From assembly GCA_964474765.1 (NCBI GenBank), contig CAYYTW010000012.1, forward strand, positions 1-24,000: a stretch of 24,000 bases of DNA, given 5' to 3'. Below, piece by piece: positions 1 to 7,063 of this stretch (position 1 is its first letter; each line of letters begins with the position of its first letter). Both the position numbers and the translations under genes were made by a program. The notes beneath the pieces were generated by a model that saw only the letters and a program-made list of their open reading frames with translations, searched no databases and was not told the DNA's origin. Source of the DNA: an uncultured Candidatus Saccharibacteria bacterium (GTDB taxonomy: Bacteria; Patescibacteriota; Minisyncoccia; Portnoybacterales; GCA-002795985).

Positions 1-147
1 CATGCCAAATTTTAAAATACCTCAAGAGTCCAGAATAGGGTGGCATTATACAGTGTCTTTCTTTCTCGGATGATTTGTCGTAAAATACAGGAGCAATCCC
101 GTGCCAAGACTTTGTAGGAAAAATACGAACTTAAATAATATGTCTAT

Positions 148-855
148 ATGTATACGAATAATCTTCTTTTGGAAACAAAAAAACTTACGGTCCAGTTAGA
201 TGGAGACGTAATCATAGACAATCTCTCCTTTAGTGTCGCGGAGGGGGAAATCCTAACTATTTTAGGACCGAATGGTGCCGGAAAAAGTGTGCTTTTAAGG
301 ACTCTTTTGGGATTGTTGCCATACCAAGGGGAGATACAATGGTTTTATAGGCCAATTATTGGCTACCTTCCCCAGGGATTAAATCAGTTTTTGGTAAAAG
401 GGCTGCCCTTGACCGTTCAGGATTTCTTTGCGCTTAAAGGAAGACGCCCTACTTCAAAAGAAAGTATTAAATTTTTGGATTTAGTCGGACTTGATCAAAA
501 TATTTTAACCAAGAAAGCGGACAATCTGTCCGGCGGGGAATTTCAAAGAATGCTTGTCGCTTGGGTTTTAATTTCTAATCCGCAAGTTATTTTTCTTGAT
601 GAACCCACAACGGGTATAGATATCGGCGGAGGAGAAACCATTTATTCGCTTTTGCAACGCATCAAAAAAGAACAGAGCCTTACCATTTTTCTGGTTACCC
701 ATGACCTAAATGTCGTCTATGGTTATTCAACGAATGTCCTGTGCTTAAGTCGCAAAGGACATACTTGTTTCGGCCGGCCTAAAGAAGTTCTGAGTTCTAA
801 AATGCTTGAAGACATGTTTGGCGGAAATATTAAACTGTATGAACATAATCGATAA
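148..855 (+). CDS. ABC transporter ATP-binding protein, metal-uptake (ZnuC/MntB-like) type
   Basis: Full ORF with Walker A GPNGAGKS, ABC signature LSGGEFQR, Walker B IFLDEPTTGID and H-loop VTHD. An ABC-3-like permease follows 12 nt downstream. The metal specificity cannot be resolved by eye. Confidence 0.85.
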   Translation: MYTNNLLLETKKLTVQLDGDVIIDNLSFSVAEGEILTILGPNGAGKSVLLRTLLGLLPYQGEIQWFYRPIIGYLPQGLNQFLVKGLPLTVQDFFALKGRRPTSKESIKFLDLVGLDQNILTKKADNLSGGEFQRMLVAWVLISNPQVIFLDEPTTGIDIGGGETIYSLLQRIKKEQSLTIFLVTHDLNVVYGYSTNVLCLSRKGHTCFGRPKEVLSSKMLEDMFGGNIKLYEHNR

Positions 856-867
856 ATAATCAATGCC

Positions 868-1638
868 ATGAATTATCAATTAATACTTACTATTGTTAGT
901 GGCATTTTTATCAGCGGAATCGCCGCGTATCTGGGAACATTGATGCTCTCTAAAAAAATGTCGGTGGTGGCCGGCCCGCTGGCCCATTTGGCCCTGCCCG
1001 GAGTGGCACTGGCTCTTCTATGCGGATTTGAAATATCAATCGGGGTTTTTCCTTTCGTTATTTTGGGCGCGATTTTAATCTGGTTTTTAGAGAGAAAGAC
1101 CAATTTGCCCACGGAGAACCTGGCGGCTATTGTTTTTGCTTTTGGCGTTGGATCAGCTCTCTTAATTCTTCCTATCGGGAAAGCGGAAGAGGCGCTAGTG
1201 GGAAGTATTGATACGATAAATCTAGCGGAAACGATCACTATCGTTCTTTTGAGCATCGCCGTTTTTTTCTTAGTAAATTTTGTTTACCGAAAAATAATGC
1301 TTGTGAATATTCATGCGGAGATAGCAAAAGTGGAAGGGTTTAACGTTGATTCGCTTAATTTTCTCTACTTGCTCAGTATCGCCATGGTAGTTGGATTGGG
1401 CGTGTACTTAGTGGGGGGCCTGATTACTGCCGCGCTTATTGCAATTCCCTCTGCCACCGCAAAAAATGTTAGCAATGATTTATCTTCGTACAAACAACGA
1501 GCTGTTATTTTTGGTGTCGTGGCTACGATCGGAGGAATTTTTATAGCTCCCATCTGTCATTTTCCAATTGGCCCCGCGATTATCATTCTGGGAGCATTGT
1601 TCTTTCTCGTCACAGTCTTTTTAAATAAAAAATTGTAA
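868..1638 (+). CDS. ABC-3 family metal transporter permease (ZnuB/MntB/TroC-like)
   Basis: 256-aa polytopic hydrophobic ORF directly after the ATPase. Size and helix pattern fit ABC-3 permeases. No solute-binding protein gene is present in the window. Confidence 0.75.
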   Translation: MNYQLILTIVSGIFISGIAAYLGTLMLSKKMSVVAGPLAHLALPGVALALLCGFEISIGVFPFVILGAILIWFLERKTNLPTENLAAIVFAFGVGSALLILPIGKAEEALVGSIDTINLAETITIVLLSIAVFFLVNFVYRKIMLVNIHAEIAKVEGFNVDSLNFLYLLSIAMVVGLGVYLVGGLITAALIAIPSATAKNVSNDLSSYKQRAVIFGVVATIGGIFIAPICHFPIGPAIIILGALFFLVTVFLNKKL

Positions 1639-1639
1639 T

Positions 1640-1918
1640 ATGCCGAGACCAAGGCTTTGCAGAAAAATAACATTTAGTCCGGACATAACTTATTTTAAGC
1701 CGCAGGGCGTACCAATGCGGGAGCTTGAAATTGTGGAATTGACCGCTGAAGAAATGGAGGCCTATCGCTTGCGCCATGTGAAAGGGTTTGAACAGGTAGA
1801 AGCCGCCAAGAAAATGCGTACTTCCCAAAGCACTTATCAAAGGATATTATATTCCACTTATCGTAAAATTGCAGATGCCCTAACCAATGGCAAGGCGATA
1901 AAGATCGTAAAAAAATAA
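1640..1918 (+). CDS. DUF134/UPF0251 family small HTH protein (putative regulator)
   Basis: 92-aa ORF starting 1 nt after the permease stop. It has N-terminal MPRPRLCRK, then YFKPQGVP, then EEMEAYRL, and a sigma-70 region-4-like HTH (EAAKKMRTSQSTYQRIL). This is the pattern I recall for DUF134. Confidence 0.75.
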   Translation: MPRPRLCRKITFSPDITYFKPQGVPMRELEIVELTAEEMEAYRLRHVKGFEQVEAAKKMRTSQSTYQRILYSTYRKIADALTNGKAIKIVKK

Positions 1919-1928
1919 TTCAATATGT

Positions 1929-3083
1929 ATGGCTGAAAAAATAATCTATCCATTGTTTGTTGCGTTGTTTTGCTTGCCGGTTGTTGTTTGTGGGCAGACT
2001 ATTGAAGACGGACAATTGGCGGGCGGCCAGGACGAAGTTCGGGTACCGGCTAATCAAAGTGAGACTTTTGAGGCAAAAGTTTTGGAGGTTTTGGAGATAA
2101 AAGAAGTGATGGGCGAAGACGGAAAGAAAGTCACGTCGCAGGAGTTGAGGCTGGAGGGATTGTCGGGAAAATGGAAAAATAGAGAGCCTATTTTAGCGGG
2201 GGCGGAATTAGATTATTTTGCTAACAGCGCGTTTAAAAAAGGAGACGGGGTTGTGGTTTCTTACGACAAAGATGCCAATGGGCACGATATCTTTTACGTT
2301 ACGAATTTTATCCGCCGGGGCAAGCTTTATTTTCTGGCAGCTATTTTTCTTGCCATTATTTTGCTTGTCGGAAGGTGGTGGGGTTTCAGGGCTATTCTCG
2401 GGTTAGTTTTCAGCCTTTTAGTAATTATAAAATTTATAATTCCCAAAATTCTTACCGGCGGCAATCCGCTTTATATCAGCTTGGTGTATTCTTTTATAAT
2501 TATTATCGTCGGAACTTATCTTGTTTACGGATTAAACAAGAAGTCATCAGTTTCTATTCTTGGAATTTCTTTGAGTATTGCCGTGGTGGGTATTTTGTCC
2601 GTCTTTTTTGCGAATCTTTGCCGGTTGGCCGGTTTTGCCCAAGAGGAAACGATTTTCATTACGGGCTTAACAGGTGGCGCGATAGATCTGCGGGGATTGC
2701 TTCTAGCCGGATTTATCATCGGTGCTCTTGGTGTTTTGGATGATCTGGCTGTCAGTCAGGTCTCAGTGGTTCAGGAATTACATAAACTTAATCCAGGTCT
2801 TCCTAAAATGGAAATTTATAAACGGGCCATGAGGGTGGGCGTTGATCATATTTCTTCGATGGTCAATACCTTGTTTTTGGCTTATGCCGGCGTTTCGCTT
2901 CCACTCCTCCTCCTTTTTACCTTCAAACAGCCACCGTTTGAGACATTTGGGCAGGTCATAAATCACGAAGTTATTGCTATAGAAATAATCAGGACCCTGG
3001 TTGGCAGTATTGGTTTGGCTGTCGCAGCACCGATAACAACTTTTTTAGCCGCTCATTTTTACGCCAGAAAAATAAATAATTAG
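1929..3083 (+). CDS. YibE/F family integral membrane protein
   Basis: N-terminal signal/anchor, a soluble domain of about 110 aa, then at least 6 TM helices. The motif GALGVLDDLAVSQVSVVQEL is typical of YibE/F as I recall it. The ORF starts 10 nt after DUF134. Confidence 0.7.
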   Translation: MAEKIIYPLFVALFCLPVVVCGQTIEDGQLAGGQDEVRVPANQSETFEAKVLEVLEIKEVMGEDGKKVTSQELRLEGLSGKWKNREPILAGAELDYFANSAFKKGDGVVVSYDKDANGHDIFYVTNFIRRGKLYFLAAIFLAIILLVGRWWGFRAILGLVFSLLVIIKFIIPKILTGGNPLYISLVYSFIIIIVGTYLVYGLNKKSSVSILGISLSIAVVGILSVFFANLCRLAGFAQEETIFITGLTGGAIDLRGLLLAGFIIGALGVLDDLAVSQVSVVQELHKLNPGLPKMEIYKRAMRVGVDHISSMVNTLFLAYAGVSLPLLLLFTFKQPPFETFGQVINHEVIAIEIIRTLVGSIGLAVAAPITTFLAAHFYARKINN

Positions 3084-3140
3084 AACCTATTCCTCGGGCA
3101 ATGTTTTCTCCGAATTTTTTATTGATCAGCGAGAATAATT

Positions 3141-4190
3141 ATGTCACATCCCGCCCTATCCATAGGAATCGTCGGCCTGCCCAATGTCGGCAAGTCGACG
3201 CTGTTCCGGGCCATAACAAAAAAACAGGTTGATTGCGCCAATTATCCTTTTTGTACCATTGAGCCAAACGTGGGCGTTGTTGCCGTGCCTGATGAAAGGG
3301 TTGATAATCTGGCCGAATTAACGAAATCGGCCAAGAAAATCTATGCCACCGTTGAATTCGTTGACATCGCCGGTTTGGTTGAGGGCGCGCACAAGGGCGA
3401 AGGTTTGGGCAATCAATTTTTATCGCACATCAGGGAAGTTGACGCGATTGTTTATATTCTGCGCAATTTCGAAAATCCCAATATTGTTAATGTTAATCAG
3501 AGCATCGATCCCTGGCGGGATAAAGAAATTTTGGATACAGAACTGATTTTGAAAGATATTGAAACGGTTGATAAGATAGTCGGCAGGCTGCAAAAAGATT
3601 CGAAGTCAGGCGATAAAGATATCATTAAGGAGTTGGAGGTAATGACCAAAATTAAGGAAAGCCTTGATGCCGGCGTGGTTTTGTCAGAGCAGAATTTTGA
3701 CGAGCAAACGCTGAAAATTTTAAAACAATATCAATTACTGGCCATGAAGCCGAGATTGTATTTGCTGAACGGCGAATCAGGAGGGGGGGAGAAGCGTTCT
3801 CCTAATGTTTTGGTTTTGGATATTCTGGCTGAATCGGAGGCGGAAAGTTTCAGTCTAGAAGAAAAGGAAGAGCTTGGTTTTTCCAAAGAATCGCAACTCG
3901 ATGTTTTAATAAAAAAATCATACGAACTTTTGGGTCTGATAACCTTTTTGACGACCGGACCAGACGAAACGCGGGCCTGGACTATTCGCCGCGGCACCAA
4001 AGCTCCGCAGGCAGGCGGGGTCATTCATACTGATTTTGAAGATACTTTTGTCAAAGCCGAGGTTGTGAACTGGAAATATCTGCTGGATGCGGGTGGTTTT
4101 TCCGGAGCGCGGGAAAAGGGCTTAATCAGAACCGAAGGAAAAGAATATGTCGTTAAAGACGGAGATGTGATAGAGATTAAACATGGGTGA
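3141..4190 (+). CDS. ychF: Ribosome-binding ATPase YchF
   Basis: G1 motif GIVGLPNVGKSTLF, then NYPFCTIEPNVG, DIAGLV, GEGLGNQFL, and a C-terminal TGS-like GKEYVVKDGDVIEI. It is collinear with E. coli YchF from memory. Confidence 0.92.
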   Translation: MSHPALSIGIVGLPNVGKSTLFRAITKKQVDCANYPFCTIEPNVGVVAVPDERVDNLAELTKSAKKIYATVEFVDIAGLVEGAHKGEGLGNQFLSHIREVDAIVYILRNFENPNIVNVNQSIDPWRDKEILDTELILKDIETVDKIVGRLQKDSKSGDKDIIKELEVMTKIKESLDAGVVLSEQNFDEQTLKILKQYQLLAMKPRLYLLNGESGGGEKRSPNVLVLDILAESEAESFSLEEKEELGFSKESQLDVLIKKSYELLGLITFLTTGPDETRAWTIRRGTKAPQAGGVIHTDFEDTFVKAEVVNWKYLLDAGGFSGAREKGLIRTEGKEYVVKDGDVIEIKHG

Positions 4191-4203
4191 TCAATAATTA
4201 ATC

Positions 4204-4257
4204 TAATTATTCTAATTAACCTAATTTCTAATTAAATCCCAAACTCCAATTACCAAT
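4204..4257 (+). repeat. AT-rich intergenic repeat, copy A (downstream of the ychF stop)
   Basis: Contains cctaatttctaattaaatcccaaa (4220-4243), which is the exact reverse complement of 5179-5202. The flanks match partially. Confidence 0.85.
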
Positions 4258-4290
4258 GACCCAAAATTTTAGTCATTAAATAATATTTCT

Positions 4291-5019
4291 ATGCAGCAAA
4301 TAAAGCAAGATAATTTGCCCAAACACATCGTGGTTATTCCCGATGGCAACCGGCGCTGGGCGCGAGAGAAAGGATTGAATTCCTGGCGCGGACACTACGA
4401 AGGAGTTAAGGCGCTTGAAAAAATATTGGACGCGACTGATAATTTGGACATTTTTTGTTTTTCTTTTTGGGGCGCGTCAGTTGATAATATTTTAGAACGG
4501 TCAAAACGCGAGGCGGCTGTTTTGAAGGAATTATTTATAATCCATTTCGCCCGCTTGTTAAAGCAAAGACGGATTTTTGAGAAAGAAATCAGAGTTAATG
4601 TTTTTGGCGAATGGCAAAAATATTTTCCCGCCAAAGTCAAAGAGCCGATGGGGGAATTGATTAACGCGACCAAAGAATATAATAATTTTTTCCTGAATTT
4701 TTTCATTATGTATGACGGCAGGATTGAGATGGTTGAAACAATCAAAAAAATCGTCGCTTTGAGCGGACGGGATAAGAATTTGGAAATTACGCCGGAATTG
4801 ATAAAATCCAATCTTTATACTTTCGGACTTCCGCCGGTCGATTTGGTCATTAGGACCGGAGTTGAGGGAGATCCTCACAACAGCGCCGGTTTTATGATGT
4901 GGGACACGGCTTATTCGCAATTGTATTTTACAAAAACTTTATGGCCGGATTTCGGGGAGAAAGAATTCTTAAAGGCGATTGAGAGTTATCAAAAGAGAGA
5001 GAGGAGAATGGGAGCGTGA
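4291..5019 (+). CDS. uppS: Isoprenyl transferase / undecaprenyl-diphosphate synthase
   Basis: HIVVIPDGNRRWA catalytic motif, FSFWGAS (divergent form of the FS.EN motif), DLVIRTG, W, AYSQLYF and the C-terminal RERRMG. Length is 242 aa. Confidence 0.88.
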   Translation: MQQIKQDNLPKHIVVIPDGNRRWAREKGLNSWRGHYEGVKALEKILDATDNLDIFCFSFWGASVDNILERSKREAAVLKELFIIHFARLLKQRRIFEKEIRVNVFGEWQKYFPAKVKEPMGELINATKEYNNFFLNFFIMYDGRIEMVETIKKIVALSGRDKNLEITPELIKSNLYTFGLPPVDLVIRTGVEGDPHNSAGFMMWDTAYSQLYFTKTLWPDFGEKEFLKAIESYQKRERRMGA

Positions 5020-5126
5020 AAATTTCTAATTTTTAATTCACCCAATAAAATGACCAATAATCAAACCAGAATATCGAATAAATAACCAATATCCAATATC
5101 CAAATTGTGGCTTGAGTATTTTTTCG

Positions 5127-5163
5127 CCCGCCCGCAACGCTTCGCGTAGCAATGCGGGCAGGG
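5127..5163. repeat. GC-rich nested hairpin in the uppS-pcm spacer
   Basis: cccgcccgca (5127-5136) pairs with tgcgggcaggg (5153-5163) with one bulge. An inner hairpin acgc-ttc-gcgt lies at 5137-5147. AT-rich repeat arms flank it. Confidence 0.6.
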
Positions 5164-5164
5164 A

Positions 5165-5212
5165 ATTCGGGATTGGGATTTGGGATTTAATTAGAAATTA
5201 GGTAATTAGGTG
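5165..5212 (-). repeat. AT-rich intergenic repeat, copy B (inverted, upstream of pcm)
   Basis: tttgggatttaattagaaattagg (5179-5202) is the perfect reverse complement of 4220-4243. The flanks add about 7 nt on one side (with a 1-nt indel) and a degenerate match on the other. Confidence 0.85.
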
Positions 5213-5263
5213 AATTTGGAATTATTTCATGTTGTTTAATAGTTTGCGCCTTGAATTTATTTT

Positions 5264-5986
5264 ATGAGCAATGATTTCTTGATAAACAATCTTATTGAGC
5301 AGGGCTATCTCAAAACCTCCCGAATTATCGGGGCTTTTCGCAAGATCGACCGCCTTGATTTTGTGCCTGATAATTTAAAATCAGAGGCCTACGAAGATAT
5401 ACCATTGCCGATTGGCTGCGGCCAGACGATTTCGCAGCCGGCAACGGTTGCTTTTATGCTGGAGTTGCTGGAGCCGCGGGCGGGTGATAAAATTTTAGAT
5501 ATTGGTTTTGGTTCGGGGTGGACCACGGCGTTGATGGCGGAGATAGTGTCTTCCTCCGTCATTCTGAGTAAGGGCGAGTATTGCGAGCCGAAGCGAAGAA
5601 TCTCTGGTATGAAATCCTTCGGGCTACGCCCTCGGGACGACAGAGAGGAAGGTTCTGGCAAAGTCTGCGCCATTGAGCGGATTTCGGAATTGTGCGAGCT
5701 CGGCAAGAAAAATATTGAAAAATACGATTTTCTCGCTTCGGGGCGGGTTGAGTGTCTTTGTGCCGATGGAACGAAAGGGTGGGCGGGAAGAGCGCCGTTC
5801 GATAAAATTTTGGCTGGCGCCTCGGCTCATAAATTACCGTTGGCTTGGAAAGAGCAATTGAAAATCGGTGGTCGAATCGTGGCGCCGATAGAATGGAGCG
5901 TTTGGTTATTCATCAAAAAGAGCGAGACGGAGTTTGAGGAGATTGAGCATCCGGGATTCTCGTTTGTGCCGTTAATAAGCGACTAG
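5264..5986 (+). CDS. pcm: Protein-L-isoaspartate O-methyltransferase carrying an in-frame insertion of about 33 aa
   Basis: GQTISQPATVAFMLELL, SAM motif I ILDIGFGSGW and PFDKILAGA. The extra segment SSSVILSKGEYCEPKRRISGMKSFGLRPRDDREE lies between motif I and the expected G.GKV.AIER strand. Confidence 0.85.
   Translation: MSNDFLINNLIEQGYLKTSRIIGAFRKIDRLDFVPDNLKSEAYEDIPLPIGCGQTISQPATVAFMLELLEPRAGDKILDIGFGSGWTTALMAEIVSSSVILSKGEYCEPKRRISGMKSFGLRPRDDREEGSGKVCAIERISELCELGKKNIEKYDFLASGRVECLCADGTKGWAGRAPFDKILAGASAHKLPLAWKEQLKIGGRIVAPIEWSVWLFIKKSETEFEEIEHPGFSFVPLISD
5549..5650 (+). repeat. GC-rich rod-like palindromic element inserted in frame in pcm
   Basis: Nested inverted repeats: 5558-5568 pairs with 5631-5641, 5572-5576 with 5627-5631, and 5586-5593 with 5617-5625 (one bulge). 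The core is cattctgag...cgaagcgaagaatc. Confidence 0.75.
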
Positions 5987-5998
5987 AGAAACAATATA

Positions 5999-6040
5999 AC
6001 CTCCCCTCCTCAGTCGAGGAGGGGATTGGGGGGAGGAGGT
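5999..6040 (+). promoter_or_regulatory. Pyrimidine tract (anti-SD-like ACCUCC) with two alternative purine partners; the second is a perfect AGGAGGU
   Basis: Stem A pairs 6003-6011 with 6016-6024 (9 bp, tetraloop agtc). Alternative stem B pairs 5999-6010 with 6028-6040 (12 bp, one bulge, two G-U) and covers aggaggt at 6034-6040. Confidence 0.45.
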
Positions 6041-6058
6041 CTAGAATAATAGAAAAAC

Positions 6059-7063
6059 ATGGAACAACCGCGCGTACAACGAACAACAGAAATGCCGGAA
6101 GATTTTAAGTTGATTAGAGAAAATCTTTTAAGAGAATTTTCTGGAAAGAACGTTGAGGGCATTAACACTAAAAGAGCGGAAGAATTTATCAAAAAAGAAG
6201 GAATGGAAGTTAAGCCTTATGTTATTATTGAAAAAGGGGATTTGCCGAAATTACAGGAGATTGTTGGTGATTCGGAAAGTTTTAAGAGACACATTGAAGA
6301 GGGCGGCTTGGGAGTTTATGCCGCAGGGATAGATCTGGCTATTGTCTTTAGGGATGGGAATTATGAAGGGATAAATGGAGAAATTTTTACGGAAAGGTTT
6401 CTCGTGCATGAATTGGCGCACGCGAGCAGCAAGCACGGGGTTTATACTTCCGAACCCGGGTTTAATGATTTTCCGACGGTCTTGAGAATCGGTTTTTGCT
6501 TGCGTTCAGAGCAAAAAAACGGTTCCTGGGGAGAATTAATCGAGGAAGGTTGGGCCGAAATGCAGAGTGCTAATTATTTCGCCCGGTATGCCACTAAAGA
6601 AGATAAGGAGCGGCTCGAATCGATTTTGAAGCTCGGGTCCCTAGGTGTGAATGATACTATTCCAACTGGTATGTTTCTTGATGTACCAATGGTAAATGTT
6701 GGCGTTGGCGAGCCCCTACCGCTTCCGCTAAAGTATATTTTTTTGAATCCCGAAGGAAGACTGTCTGTAGCGAGGGCGGCCTTTGCCGGTTATGCCTTGG
6801 AAATACTTTGCCAGAATAATCTGTCTTTGGCACCGGCAATGATTGAGGCGCGAAAATCCCTCGGGGGATTGAGGAAATTTGCCCGAACCTTGTGGGAAAC
6901 CTCACCCGATTTATATAAGACTTTGCAGACCAGTGATTATTCGGCAAGAGGGTTTCGCAAAAAGCTGGAGGTGGTTATTAATAAAGTCGGCGGCGGCGTT
7001 GAAAAAGTAATTAAGGCAAGAGGGCCGCTAAAAGATAAGTGGGATAAAATTTTAAAGAAATGA
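6059..7063 (+). CDS. Hypothetical cytoplasmic HExxH (gluzincin-like) protein
   Basis: 334-aa ORF with no signal peptide. It has FLVHELAHASSKHG and a downstream acidic EEGWAEM about 45 aa later that could supply a third zinc ligand. Its stop overlaps the mltG start (ATGA at 7060-7063). An alternative start at M12 (6092) is possible. Confidence 0.6.
   Translation: MEQPRVQRTTEMPEDFKLIRENLLREFSGKNVEGINTKRAEEFIKKEGMEVKPYVIIEKGDLPKLQEIVGDSESFKRHIEEGGLGVYAAGIDLAIVFRDGNYEGINGEIFTERFLVHELAHASSKHGVYTSEPGFNDFPTVLRIGFCLRSEQKNGSWGELIEEGWAEMQSANYFARYATKEDKERLESILKLGSLGVNDTIPTGMFLDVPMVNVGVGEPLPLPLKYIFLNPEGRLSVARAAFAGYALEILCQNNLSLAPAMIEARKSLGGLRKFARTLWETSPDLYKTLQTSDYSARGFRKKLEVVINKVGGGVEKVIKARGPLKDKWDKILKK

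Noticed and set aside
60-147. Zur/Fur-type operator upstream of the metal ABC operon (tcgtaaaatacag)
   Set aside because: Only one half-site resembles TCGTAA. The partner half is absent, so no convincing palindrome exists.
5229-5267. 12-codon uORF MLFNSLRLEFIL whose TGA overlaps the pcm ATG
   Set aside because: It has no SD, lies in AT-rich repeat sequence, and its length is compatible with chance. It is only worth revisiting if ribosome profiling data exist.
5549-5650. Intein or self-splicing intron in pcm
   Set aside because: At about 100 nt (33 aa) it is far too small for an intein or a group I/II intron, and it lacks their conserved blocks. I interpret it as a palindromic repeat insertion instead.
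6003-6024. The 9-bp GC hairpin after pcm as a Rho-independent terminator
   Set aside because: No U-tract follows on either strand. I kept it as part of a possible alternative-pairing regulatory element rather than as a terminator.
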